Of a DNA stretch of 64,000 nucleotides, positions 1-9,012 are shown one piece after another (the stretch's first letter is position 1; each line of letters opens with the position of its first letter). A program made the translations under genes and the position numbers. The notes under the pieces are model-generated. The model did no database searches. It saw only the letters and a list, made by a program, of their open reading frames with translations, and was not told where the DNA came from. The DNA is taken from IMG/VR virus record IMGVR_UViG_3300028584_000072, positions 1 to 64,000 of that record; one strand, given 5' to 3'. The DNA comes from a virus.

Positions 1-1
1 A

Positions 2-136
2 ATCTTAGAATACAATGGCACTTACTGGGAATTAATTGACATGATTAAAGTTGATTCTAAAACAAAATCAACTTTAAAGAGAAGTGTATCGCACCTTATG
101 GATAACGGTTTCGATACACTTAATAATGTATTATAG
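2..136 (+). CDS. hypothetical protein, C-terminal fragment (start upstream of window)
   Basis: The frame is open from the window edge to TAG 134-136 (...SVSHLMDNGFDTLNNVL*). It is tightly packed with the following + strand genes. Confidence 0.35.
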   Translation: MLEYNGTYWELIDMIKVDSKTKSTLKRSVSHLMDNGFDTLNNVL

Positions 137-145
137 GAGAATAAC

Positions 146-313
146 ATGGAACCTAAAGTAGAAATCAGTGAGTCAGTGTACCGAGAACTGTTAGAACGTG
201 ATGAATGGTTATCTGCATTAGAAGCTGCTGGTGTAGATAATTGGGACGGTTATGAAATTGCAATGGAAATTCAGCAAGAGTGGAATAACGAGCATACTGA
301 GGAGAATAAATAA
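146..313 (+). CDS. hypothetical small acidic protein (55 aa)
   Basis: ATG 146 is preceded by AGGAGA. It translates to MEPKVEISESVYRELLERDEWLSALEAAGVDNWDGYEIAMEIQQEWNNEHTEENK*. The stop overlaps the next start (TAATG). It is below the 60-aa cutoff of the ORF track. Confidence 0.5.
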   Translation: MEPKVEISESVYRELLERDEWLSALEAAGVDNWDGYEIAMEIQQEWNNEHTEENK

Positions 314-582
314 TGTTACCAAATGATCTGGATAAACGTAAGAAAGTAGTAGATGCACTAGAACGTGGTGTTTCATTGTTGAATGAGATACAAATGTTGG
401 AGTCAGACGTATCTGACCTCGCAAGCACACTACAAGACACCGAAGTAATGAAAGCTAAAGACTTTAAGAAACTACTTGCTGCTAAGTATGAAGGTCAAGT
501 GTTACTTCAGAAAGCTCAAGAGAAAGTGGCAGATGTTGAAGATAGCTTAGCAGCCGTTGACATTCTAGCTAAAATTAATTAA
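313..582 (+). CDS. hypothetical protein (89 aa, coiled-coil-like)
   Basis: ORF track. Translationally coupled to the upstream ORF and followed by a terminator hairpin. Confidence 0.6.
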   Translation: MLPNDLDKRKKVVDALERGVSLLNEIQMLESDVSDLASTLQDTEVMKAKDFKKLLAAKYEGQVLLQKAQEKVADVEDSLAAVDILAKIN

Positions 583-589
583 TCGTAGA

Positions 590-620
590 GGCTGCTATCC
601 GAAAGGATAGTGGCCTTTTT
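590..620 (+). terminator. rho-independent terminator
   Basis: GGCTGCTATCC-GAAA-GGATAGTGGCC stem-loop (11 bp including G:U pairs) followed by TTTTT. Confidence 0.6.
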
Positions 621-642
621 GCATTTATAGAGGAGAGAAAAT

Positions 643-960
643 ATGGGTATTGATATTGGTAATAAATTGATGTTAGTTCCAACAGACCAAGACTTATTAC
701 ACTCTGCAATTGAATTGATAGCTGATGAAGAATTTGATGGTGATTTTTATTCAGCTTTGGATAATTCAGGTTTAGATTATGCGAGTCCTTGGTACGATGC
801 CGATAGAGATTCTTGGGATATTGGTATTTCAATGCCAACACCAACATACGAAGATTTGATTGACCATGAATCTAGTTGGTTTGAAGCTTTACACGAAGCA
901 CAAGATAAACTGAATAGTATTCTTGGTGAAGGTGTAAGTACAAAGTTAGATAGTTTTTAG
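643..960 (+). CDS. hypothetical acidic protein (105 aa)
   Basis: ORF track. GGAGAG RBS upstream of ATG 643. Confidence 0.6.
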   Translation: MGIDIGNKLMLVPTDQDLLHSAIELIADEEFDGDFYSALDNSGLDYASPWYDADRDSWDIGISMPTPTYEDLIDHESSWFEALHEAQDKLNSILGEGVSTKLDSF

Positions 961-984
961 CATGTTTATTAAGGGGGAGAAATT

Positions 985-1161
985 ATGAGTGAACAAGATA
1001 AACATTTATTGCATTTGTCCAATAGAGTGCATCAATTAGAGCAACTACTGGAAGTTGAACGTGTGAAGAATTTTGAATTACGTAGGTTCTTAGTGGAGTT
1101 ACGATTCCTAGCAAAACCAGTATTGTCTAAATTAGAGAAGGTGAAAGGGGTGAAAGAATGA
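985..1161 (+). CDS. hypothetical small protein (58 aa)
   Basis: ATG 985 follows a GGGGGAGA RBS. It begins MSEQDKHLLHLSNRVHQLEQLLEVERVKNFELRRF... The stop overlaps the next start (ATGA at 1158-1161). It is below the ORF-track cutoff. Confidence 0.5.
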   Translation: MSEQDKHLLHLSNRVHQLEQLLEVERVKNFELRRFLVELRFLAKPVLSKLEKVKGVKE

Positions 1162-2201
1162 GCTTTAAACCTAGAGTCCAAGAAACAGTTTGTGATGGGG
1201 AGAATGGTAAGGCAGTGATTGACCTAGATTTCGTGAAGTACGCAATTGCGAGTGTAGGCGAGAGCAGGACTATTGAGGTCACTCACTTACCGTCAGGTAA
1301 AGTTAAATCTTTTAAAACAAGAACTGAATTCTATGGACACCATAGCAAGAAAAATGCTGGATGGCTCGGTGAACTAAATAAGAGTCGGTTAGAGTCAAAT
1401 AAGAAACCTTTTTTAGTGGAAGAATTCTCAATAGAAGATAAGCAAACTGTAAGTGAGCCTATTGAAAATCTTATGCACTCTGCTAAAACAATGGTAGAGA
1501 CCGCTCTCAAAGAGTCAGGTGCATCGAGTTACGTTGCATTCTCAGGGAAAGGTAATAGTTTCAGGGTGGACAAAAGTACTTTGTTGGAGTATAAAGGTAA
1601 CAGGTCTGATATGTTGAAGCCTTTACAACTGGATGAAGTGACCTCATATTTGAATATGAAATACAATGCTGAAATTATAACTAATTTAGAGGTAGATGAT
1701 GTCGTCACTATGGTAACTCATAAAGACAAAAACTCTTTTATCCTAGGTGTAGATAAGGACTATTATGGCGCAGGAACTCGATTTTACAACACCAATAGAC
1801 CAGAGGAAGGTATTGTAGATTGTTCAGGGTTTGGTTACTTAAAAGAAGACGGCAAGAAAATTCGAGGTGTAGGTAGGATGTTTAAGTACTTTCAAGTACT
1901 GTCACAAGACACCTCTGACAACTATGCAGCTAATTGCTTTTCTGATAAGAAATGGGCTGATAAATCTGCATACAAAGCATTGAAAGATTGTACCAATGAT
2001 ACTGAAGCTTTAGAAGCTCTTAGGGATTCATTTAAAATTCTATACCCCGAACCTAAAACGGTTATCGGTTGGCGAGGGGATGAAATACTTATAGATTGGT
2101 TGTATGTGCTGCAAGAATGTTTTACTATGGCACACATGTTAAGGTTCGATAATGATTTCATAGATGTGGCTAATTTATTACGGAGTAAGGGGTTAATATG
2201 A
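1158..2201 (+). CDS. 5'-3' exonuclease, T7 gp6-like (FEN/PIN fold)
   Basis: The motif order recalls T7 gene 6 exonuclease: YKGNRSDMLKP, LEVDDVVTMV, ILGVDKDYY, QDTSDNY, HMLRFDNDFI. Recognised by eye only. Confidence 0.55.
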   Translation: MSFKPRVQETVCDGENGKAVIDLDFVKYAIASVGESRTIEVTHLPSGKVKSFKTRTEFYGHHSKKNAGWLGELNKSRLESNKKPFLVEEFSIEDKQTVSEPIENLMHSAKTMVETALKESGASSYVAFSGKGNSFRVDKSTLLEYKGNRSDMLKPLQLDEVTSYLNMKYNAEIITNLEVDDVVTMVTHKDKNSFILGVDKDYYGAGTRFYNTNRPEEGIVDCSGFGYLKEDGKKIRGVGRMFKYFQVLSQDTSDNYAANCFSDKKWADKSAYKALKDCTNDTEALEALRDSFKILYPEPKTVIGWRGDEILIDWLYVLQECFTMAHMLRFDNDFIDVANLLRSKGLI

Positions 2202-3136
2202 AAATAGGAGATAGATATGGTAGGTGGTTAGTTTTATCCGAACCGTATGCCATAGAAGGTAAGAATAAAAGGGTTGATGTTGTTTGCGACTGTGGTACTA
2301 GAAAATCAGTAAGAGTCAGTTCTTTGCTTTCTGGAGACAGCACTTCTTGTCGATGTTTTGCAAAAGAAACTGCTAGGGAAAGAATGTCAACAAAAGGTGG
2401 TGAATCAAAACATTCGCTACACCAACGTTGGTATGATTTGAACAGACGTTGTTATGACCCACGAAGAAAGGATTATAAACACTATGGTGGTAGGGGGATA
2501 GAGGTTTGTGAAGAATGGCACAAAGATAATCCTGAAGGTTTCCAAAACTTTTTAAAAGATATGGAAAGTACTCATAAACCTAAGTTGGAAATTGACCGTA
2601 TAGATAATGATGGGAACTACTGTAAAGAAAATTGCAAGTGGTCTACAAGGTCTGAACAAGTACTAAATTCTAGGTATCTCGGTTCCAAAGTAGCTAATCC
2701 TAGATACTTAGATGATGGTGAAGATGTCCTTCATCTGGCGGCAATGGCGCGTAAACATGGGTTGAATGAGCGACTACTACAAGACCGCATAGGGAAGTTA
2801 GGGATGTCTGTGCAAGAAGCTCTTTCTTTACCAGTCAAGACGAGGCAGTATTTCTTAATATTTGACGGTAATGAGTATTCATTAAAAGATGTATTTACTA
2901 ATATATGCCACTTTATAAATCTTAGAACGAGAATTAAGGCTTCCACAGAGCAATTGATATACTACGTGTTCGGTGATAATGTGAGGGTAGAGGGTCTTGT
3001 GAATAAAAATAGGGTGGTTTTTGAAAAAGTTAACCTAGACTTATCAGGGTTTACTTTCAAATTACCGACAGTGTTCGAAGGGTTTACTAAGTATTATTCT
3101 GGGGAGTACAATCATAAGGAGTACTTACATGAGTAA
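2198..3136 (+). CDS. HNH-family (homing) endonuclease-like protein
   Basis: N-terminal Cys cluster (CDCG...SCRC). Core is RCYDPRRKDYKHYGGRGIEVCEEW...FQNFLKDM...IDRIDNDGNYCKENCKWST..EQ, the phage 'YGGRGI/DRIDN/NCRW' HNH family. Paralog of 6032..6835. Confidence 0.65.
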   Translation: MKIGDRYGRWLVLSEPYAIEGKNKRVDVVCDCGTRKSVRVSSLLSGDSTSCRCFAKETARERMSTKGGESKHSLHQRWYDLNRRCYDPRRKDYKHYGGRGIEVCEEWHKDNPEGFQNFLKDMESTHKPKLEIDRIDNDGNYCKENCKWSTRSEQVLNSRYLGSKVANPRYLDDGEDVLHLAAMARKHGLNERLLQDRIGKLGMSVQEALSLPVKTRQYFLIFDGNEYSLKDVFTNICHFINLRTRIKASTEQLIYYVFGDNVRVEGLVNKNRVVFEKVNLDLSGFTFKLPTVFEGFTKYYSGEYNHKEYLHE

Positions 3137-3668
3137 TACCCCATTTGAGCCTTGGTTGTGGTATCCAGATATTTGGCCTACTAAATCTAAGTTCTACACT
3201 TGGTTACGAGGTTCCTTACGTAAAGCTGTTTGGAATACATCTCCGATAAAGATTACATTTAAGAACCAGAATTGCTTTGCTCCGCCAGATGGGTATGACG
3301 GTAGAGCTAAATCTGGCAACTATTGCGCTTTATCGGGAGAATGGGAAGGTAAAAGTAAGCTTCAGGTTGATCACGTTTTAGGTAACGTACCGTTGAATGA
3401 AGAAGAAGATATACTTGGATTTATCCAGCACTTAATACCGCCACCGAACAGCTTACAATTGGTAAAAGCAGATGCGCATAAAATTAAGAGTTATGCGGAA
3501 AAACAAGGAATAACATTTGAGGAAGCTGTGCTAATTAAAAAATGCATAGAACTTGAAAACGATAAGCGAGATGTAGAGTTCATAAGGAATAGCGGGAAAG
3601 TGCCAGCTAGAAATAAGAAATCTAGGAGACTTCAACTAATTGAAATTATTAAAAGGTCTGAACGATGA
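3129..3668 (+). CDS. hypothetical protein with possible HNH motif
   Basis: LQVDHVLGNVPLNEEE...ADAHKIK gives a DH..N..H spacing. The assignment is weak. Confidence 0.35.
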   Translation: MSNTPFEPWLWYPDIWPTKSKFYTWLRGSLRKAVWNTSPIKITFKNQNCFAPPDGYDGRAKSGNYCALSGEWEGKSKLQVDHVLGNVPLNEEEDILGFIQHLIPPPNSLQLVKADAHKIKSYAEKQGITFEEAVLIKKCIELENDKRDVEFIRNSGKVPARNKKSRRLQLIEIIKRSER

Positions 3669-4234
3669 GAGATAGTATATTTAAGGTAGGCGATGTAGTA
3701 CCTACTAGAAACTGTGGGGATGTGGAGATTACCGAAATAATTGACGGTACAATGGTTTCGGTAATTTTTAAAAATACTGGGTTTGAAAGGGTTTGTCGAA
3801 AAAGCGATCTTTCGTTAGGAAAAGTGAAAGACCTGTTACAGTCAGGAAACTATGGAAGATATGTAGGTGTTGGTAATTACAACAGTACGGAACATACTGT
3901 GGCGTATAATGCATGGTACTACATTTTTGAAAGGGCAGGTGTACACGAGAACTATATCATTACTACTGTCGATGAGACATGGAAAGATTTCCAAGTGTTT
4001 GCCAAATGGTTTTACGAGAATCATGTTGACGGGTTTACTGAGATAGATAAAGATTTATTCGGTACAAATATGTACTCCCCAGACACTTGTGTTCTGTTAA
4101 ACAGGGAACTGAACATGTTAGAAAGAAATATGAGGGCACCATTGAATATCTTGGAAAAAACTAATAAGAACGGGAGTGTATCATACGTATCTAGATTTCT
4201 AGGCAGGTCTAAGTCTTTTTTCACAAGAAAGTGA
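3665..4234 (+). CDS. endonuclease-like/DNA-binding phage protein, paralog of 17814..18464 (apparently frame-broken at its 3' end)
   Basis: Shares W..F..F.KW....DKDL....YSP with 17814..18464. Homology continues in the +1 frame after a T6 run at 4215-4220 (see findings). Confidence 0.5.
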   Translation: MRDSIFKVGDVVPTRNCGDVEITEIIDGTMVSVIFKNTGFERVCRKSDLSLGKVKDLLQSGNYGRYVGVGNYNSTEHTVAYNAWYYIFERAGVHENYIITTVDETWKDFQVFAKWFYENHVDGFTEIDKDLFGTNMYSPDTCVLLNRELNMLERNMRAPLNILEKTNKNGSVSYVSRFLGRSKSFFTRK

Positions 4235-4238
4235 TGCT

Positions 4239-4487
4239 GTGGTTTATTCATCTTTGACAAGAATGCAACATTTTACAAGTATCTTGGAGAAGTACAAAGG
4301 TTTTGTCCCTGAGAAAATAATTACAAAATTTGAGGAGAGATTAGACCTTGAGAAAAAGGTCATTGCAATTATTAACTCGAAGAAGGAACGTGATGTTCTT
4401 ATCGAAGCGGGAATTATACCAGCCAGTAATGCAAAGAAACGTAGAGAGCAATTAGAACAATTATTAAAGGAGAATAAAATTGGGTAA
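4239..4487 (+). CDS. hypothetical protein; probably the frame-shifted C-terminal part of 3665..4234
   Basis: GTG start with no RBS. The frame is open from 4203. The upstream in-frame sequence FSQESDAVVY aligns with FYTELEAHKAW of the paralog. Confidence 0.35.
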   Translation: MVYSSLTRMQHFTSILEKYKGFVPEKIITKFEERLDLEKKVIAIINSKKERDVLIEAGIIPASNAKKRREQLEQLLKENKIG

Positions 4488-4827
4488 TATCACACTATCA
4501 AAACGTCTATTAGCTTTAGACGAAGCATCATTCATTGAGCTACTAGAAACTGGCAGCTTATACAAACTATACCCTGAATTAAAAGGAGAGTTATTCAACG
4601 TAGGTCAATTCAATCAAGCTAAAGAACAATATGAAAATAAGATTAAAGCCCAACAAGGTGCTTATGATTTTCTATCAAGTATTTGTAATTTTACTGGTCA
4701 AGATCCAGCAGACATTTACGAATTATTAGAGGAACATAGTGAGAACATCATTTTCATGTTAGAAGTAGAAGACTTAGATTTAGAAGATATTTTCAATGCA
4801 ATTAGAGAGGATGGTATTGAGCAATGA
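4480..4827 (+). CDS. hypothetical acidic protein (115 aa)
   Basis: TTG start 6 nt after AGGAGA. ORF track. Confidence 0.5.
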   Translation: MGNITLSKRLLALDEASFIELLETGSLYKLYPELKGELFNVGQFNQAKEQYENKIKAQQGAYDFLSSICNFTGQDPADIYELLEEHSENIIFMLEVEDLDLEDIFNAIREDGIEQ

Positions 4828-5021
4828 GTGTATGTGCAATTGTAAGAGATTTAAGTGACATCGAGACTGCTATCGAAGCATTGATTTGTCGCGCTGTAGA
4901 ATATGCAGTACAAGAGATTACAGATGAGTATGAATCTAAGATTAGCGATTTAGAGGACGAGAAATCTGAATTACGTCAAGCGATTCGTGATTTACAAACT
5001 GAATTAGATAGTATTGAGTGA
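4824..5021 (+). CDS. hypothetical protein (65 aa, coiled-coil-like)
   Basis: ORF track. ATGA overlap with the upstream gene. Confidence 0.5.
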   Translation: MSVCAIVRDLSDIETAIEALICRAVEYAVQEITDEYESKISDLEDEKSELRQAIRDLQTELDSIE

Positions 5022-5039
5022 TTAATTGAGGAGAATTGA

Positions 5040-6035
5040 ATGTTAGATTGGCAGAGTAAGGCTTTAGAGTTACGTGGTACTATGGGTAGTCGTGCAATCG
5101 GGAAGTTATTAGGTAAAGGTAAGAGCTCGATTAATGATTACTTCAAGCGATATGATTTACAACAACTAGGCGCTACTCAGGGTGTTGGTAAAAGTATTTC
5201 TGAGGAAGCAGCCTTACCTTACTACAGTATTCAGACAACACTAAATGTACCTGAGAATATCACCCATCTGATGATACCAGACACACAATGTAAACCAAAC
5301 ATCGACATGAGCTATTTAGATTGGTTAGGGTTATACCTCGTAGATAAGAAACCAGAGGTAATTGTACATATAGGTGATCATGCTGATATGGAATCATTAT
5401 CAAGTTATGATAAAGGTCAACGTACAGCGGAAGGTAAACGTGTAGTTAAAGATATTGATGCTGCTATCGAAGGTATGAATCGACTACTTAAACCTTTATA
5501 TGAACTTCAGCAACAAGAATTGAAGCAATACGGTGAGGTGCTTTATAAACCTAAAATGTTGATTACATTAGGGAACCATGAAGCAAGGATTAGTAGGCAC
5601 GTAAATGCTAACCCAGAATTACATGGGTTTCTGAGCTATGACAGTCTAAAATACAAAGAAATGGGGTGGGAGGTCTATGACTTCTTGGAGCCTGTCGTGG
5701 TAAACGGGGTTGCTTATGTCCATTATATGGCTAACCCTATGACAGGTAAACCTTATGGTGGCACAGCACTAAATATCCTGAAGAATGTAGGTGAGAGTTT
5801 CTGTATGGGACACAAGCAGTGTTTAGATACCGCTACCCGTTTTCTTCCCTCATCGGGTAAACAACAATGGGCTATCATTGCTGGCGCTTACTACGAACAC
5901 GACGAAGATTACAAAGGCTACCAAGGAAATCATCATTGGCGGGGCATTGTAGTACAACACAATGTCAAGGCTGGTAGCTTCAACCCAATGTTTGTTAGCT
6001 TAGAGTATCTGAAGGAAAGGTATGGGAAGTTATGA
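5040..6035 (+). CDS. calcineurin-like metallophosphoesterase with N-terminal HTH-like segment
   Basis: Motifs IPDTQ, HIGDHADM and LGNHE occur in metallophosphatase order. Confidence 0.65.
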   Translation: MLDWQSKALELRGTMGSRAIGKLLGKGKSSINDYFKRYDLQQLGATQGVGKSISEEAALPYYSIQTTLNVPENITHLMIPDTQCKPNIDMSYLDWLGLYLVDKKPEVIVHIGDHADMESLSSYDKGQRTAEGKRVVKDIDAAIEGMNRLLKPLYELQQQELKQYGEVLYKPKMLITLGNHEARISRHVNANPELHGFLSYDSLKYKEMGWEVYDFLEPVVVNGVAYVHYMANPMTGKPYGGTALNILKNVGESFCMGHKQCLDTATRFLPSSGKQQWAIIAGAYYEHDEDYKGYQGNHHWRGIVVQHNVKAGSFNPMFVSLEYLKERYGKL

Positions 6036-6835
6036 GGGTATTAGTTCATGAAGACTCCTTACTGTACCCACTTGAAAAGGAAATCATAGGTAATACTAGT
6101 CACCCGAAGGCACTTTGTTGTTGCAAAGTGTGTGGAGGCTTATACCTTGCAGATGTCTGGGGATTGAAAAGTGGTGCTATTAAATCTTGTGGTTGTTTAA
6201 GAAAGCTTCTACCTAAGAAAGACATTACAGGAGTAATGACTGATGCAGGTAATAAGGTTGTTGGTTACGTAGGAAATTCCTTTTGGAGGGTACAACATCA
6301 GTGTGGTCATACCAGCGACTTGAGGGCTTCGGCAATCTTCAACAGAACCACAGGACTGTGTAATTCTTGTAGTAAATCGAAAACTTGCGTAGATAGGAAT
6401 ACTTCCCACAAAAGAAGTAGGTCTAAGACATACAAGTGTTGGTTGTTAGTGAGGAGAAGGTGTTATGACCCAACTAACAACAGGTATTCATATTATGGTG
6501 GTAAAGGAATAACAGTCTGTGATAGATGGTTAAACTCTTTTGAAAACTTCTATGAAGATATGGGCGAATGCCCTGAAGGGATGAGCATTGACAGGATTGA
6601 TAATAGTTTAAATTACTCGCTGGATAATTGTAAATGGTCTACCCAGATAGAACAAGCGAACAATAAGACCAACAACCTATTGTTCACAGATGGTCATACT
6701 ACTTGGAGTCTTCGTCGCTGGTGTGAGCTATTTGGTAAAGATTATAAACATATCTGGTATTTATATAGAACTTGTGGTATAAGTATAGATGTATTATTTG
6801 ACGGAAAGCTATCAGCAGTGAAAGCTTACAATTAA
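6032..6835 (+). CDS. HNH-family (homing) endonuclease-like protein
   Basis: Cys clusters (CCCKVCGG, SCGC, CNSCSK). Core is RCYDPTNNRYSYYGGKGITVCDRW..FENFYEDMGECPEGMSIDRIDNSLNYSLDNCKWST. Paralog of 2198..3136. Confidence 0.65.
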   Translation: MRVLVHEDSLLYPLEKEIIGNTSHPKALCCCKVCGGLYLADVWGLKSGAIKSCGCLRKLLPKKDITGVMTDAGNKVVGYVGNSFWRVQHQCGHTSDLRASAIFNRTTGLCNSCSKSKTCVDRNTSHKRSRSKTYKCWLLVRRRCYDPTNNRYSYYGGKGITVCDRWLNSFENFYEDMGECPEGMSIDRIDNSLNYSLDNCKWSTQIEQANNKTNNLLFTDGHTTWSLRRWCELFGKDYKHIWYLYRTCGISIDVLFDGKLSAVKAYN

Positions 6836-6860
6836 ATGTTCTAAGTTAAGCAAATAACCA

Positions 6861-6889
6861 TTGACATCTTATCACTGCTCTTGTAAAAT
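6861..6889 (+). promoter_or_regulatory. sigma70-type promoter
   Basis: TTGACA (6861-6866), 17-nt spacer, TAAAAT (6884-6889). It is embedded in a 13-bp perfect inverted repeat (6863-6875 / 6903-6915). Confidence 0.6.
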
Positions 6890-6935
6890 AGCTGCCCATA
6901 AGGTGATAAGATGTCTTTAATTGAGGAGAGAGAAA

Positions 6936-7406
6936 ATGAGTTTAAAGTTTCCATTTAAGTTTAAACACGTATTGAGCGGTGATGAATATTTAGCAGACCA
7001 AGATATTAACAACACAGACAAGATTGTTGTTAGTTGGCTTGATGGTACCCAACATCCTCAAAGCTATATGTTAGGTGATGCTGAACACTACATTAAAAAT
7101 AATAACTGGGCAATCATTGAAGAACCTTCGCCAATTGTAGAGATTAGTCAGGAAGATTATGATAATCTCATAGAGGAAATTAACTTACTACAAGATTTGC
7201 TTGCTGAAGCTAATACACGTATTACTGAGTTGGAAGGTAAGTCAAAGTTTAAACCAGTTAAAAATATGACTTTTGAAGATTGGAAAGAAGCAAAAGCACA
7301 AGGGTACAAGTTTACAACCCGTTGTGGTCATACTGTCGGTGTTCTTGAGTTAGAGGGTCACTCTATTTGGGGGAGGTACTTACTGAAAATGGCTGGCACA
7401 GATTAG
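6936..7406 (+). CDS. hypothetical protein (possible frame break near 3' end)
   Basis: ATG 6936 follows a GAGGAGAGAG RBS. After the G5 run at 7369-7373 the -1 frame stays open to 7465 with protein-like sequence. Confidence 0.5.
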   Translation: MSLKFPFKFKHVLSGDEYLADQDINNTDKIVVSWLDGTQHPQSYMLGDAEHYIKNNNWAIIEEPSPIVEISQEDYDNLIEEINLLQDLLAEANTRITELEGKSKFKPVKNMTFEDWKEAKAQGYKFTTRCGHTVGVLELEGHSIWGRYLLKMAGTD

Positions 7407-7475
7407 ATGGGTCGTTTGATAGAGAACGTGACGTAGCAGAAGATATTATTGAACGTATTAGTTAAGGAGAGAAAG

Positions 7476-7892
7476 ATGAATGAATTACAACGCACGTTAA
7501 ATTGGTTTCAGTTAGCCGTTCCCACACCGACAGATAAAAATAAATCTGTGCAGATTGGTTGTTTCTATGAAGAAGTAAAAGAAGTAGGTGACGCCCTAGG
7601 TTATTACCCTATTGATGAGTTAGAGACTGTTGCTGACGAATATAAAACTTACGACGGTAAACTTCATTTAACTAACGAACAACGTCTTGAACTACTTGAT
7701 GGGTTGTGTGATACCCTTGTTACTGCTGTTGGTGTAGCTCATATGTTCGATATGGACATCATGGGCGCAATGTCAGAAGTCAATCGTAGTAACTTCAGTA
7801 AGTTTGTTGACGGTAAGCCTATATTCAATGAGCAAGGTAAAATTGCTAAACCAGCTACATATTCAGCACCTAATTTGGAGAAATTTGTATGA
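7476..7892 (+). CDS. MazG-like nucleotide pyrophosphohydrolase (putative)
   Basis: ATG 7476 follows AAGGAGAG. It has EEVKEVGDAL and LLDGLCDTLVTAVG...DMD acidic helices typical of MazG-type proteins. Confidence 0.5.
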   Translation: MNELQRTLNWFQLAVPTPTDKNKSVQIGCFYEEVKEVGDALGYYPIDELETVADEYKTYDGKLHLTNEQRLELLDGLCDTLVTAVGVAHMFDMDIMGAMSEVNRSNFSKFVDGKPIFNEQGKIAKPATYSAPNLEKFV

Positions 7893-8071
7893 TTGAACAA
7901 GTAGCAACAGAATATAAATTCCACTATGTGCATTCCAATCACTCTGTATTCAAAGGTGTGATTCGGGCAACAAGTATTAAGAATTTGCATACTCAAATGT
8001 TAAGTTTATTGTACGGACGTTACCGTAGACATTTGACGTTAGATGGTGTTGTGTTTGAAGAAGTAGTATAA
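7889..8071 (+). CDS. hypothetical protein (60 aa)
   Basis: ORF track. ATGA coupling to the upstream gene. Confidence 0.45.
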   Translation: MIEQVATEYKFHYVHSNHSVFKGVIRATSIKNLHTQMLSLLYGRYRRHLTLDGVVFEEVV

Positions 8072-8082
8072 GGAGTAGTAGT

Positions 8083-9012
8083 TTGATTGATTTAAATTTC
8101 CCATCTGCATTAATTGTAGCACACAGCAAAGCACCTAATGGTGAAGAAGTATTGACATATGAAGTAGAGCTACATCGTTTTATTCTAAGTCAATTAAATA
8201 CACATCGAGGTATTAGTAAAAACGTACAATCTAGTCGTGCTATACCCATCTCTAAAATGATTGACCAAGTGTTGAATGATCCAGCAATGCCGATTCATTG
8301 GGGTAAAAACCAGCGTGGAATGGTTGCAGAGGTTGAATGTAACACCCCTGTATACATTCATAGCGTTGGTGGTCAATACGAAGGTGAATACACACGAGAA
8401 GAGGCTTGGAAAGTTGCTGCTGAGTTGATGGCAACGGTTGCTAGTAGCTTTGAGTATAGTGGCTATTCTAAAGAAGTGATTAACCGTTTACTAGAACCTT
8501 GGATGAAAACCAAAGCTGTCATTACAGGTACTCATAAAACTTTTGAAGCATTTTTTAAGTTACGTTGTCACCCAGATGCTCAAGCTGAAATCCGAGTGTT
8601 AGCTGAACGTATGAAGGAAGCAATGTTACAAAGTGTTCCTAATGAATTGAAGTATGGTGAGCATCATTTGCCTTATGTAAATCATTCGGATTTCCCTGCA
8701 TCAGAGTTTGGATTGAAGAAAGATTTGATTGCAGCTAAGGTGAAGGTATCATGTAGTTGTGCAGCACAAGTGAGTTATCGTCGTTTAGATGACAGCTTAG
8801 AGAAAGCTTTGAAAGTGTACGATATGTTGAACTTACCTATTAATGGTCTTTATCCAGACGACCCACCACACTATTCTCCAACAGAGCATGTGGTTAAGAT
8901 TCAGGCTGTGGATAAAGAATTAAGTGGTAACTTTCACAGTAACACATTCTTCCAATATCGTAAGGCTTTGGAATATGGTATTGAAGATAAATTCTTGGAG
9001 AACACAAAATGA
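8083..9012 (+). CDS. thyX: flavin-dependent thymidylate synthase ThyX
   Basis: NTHRGISKNVQSSRA matches the ThyX RHRxxSxxxxSxR signature region. TTG start after AAGGAG. Confidence 0.75.
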   Translation: MIDLNFPSALIVAHSKAPNGEEVLTYEVELHRFILSQLNTHRGISKNVQSSRAIPISKMIDQVLNDPAMPIHWGKNQRGMVAEVECNTPVYIHSVGGQYEGEYTREEAWKVAAELMATVASSFEYSGYSKEVINRLLEPWMKTKAVITGTHKTFEAFFKLRCHPDAQAEIRVLAERMKEAMLQSVPNELKYGEHHLPYVNHSDFPASEFGLKKDLIAAKVKVSCSCAAQVSYRRLDDSLEKALKVYDMLNLPINGLYPDDPPHYSPTEHVVKIQAVDKELSGNFHSNTFFQYRKALEYGIEDKFLENTK

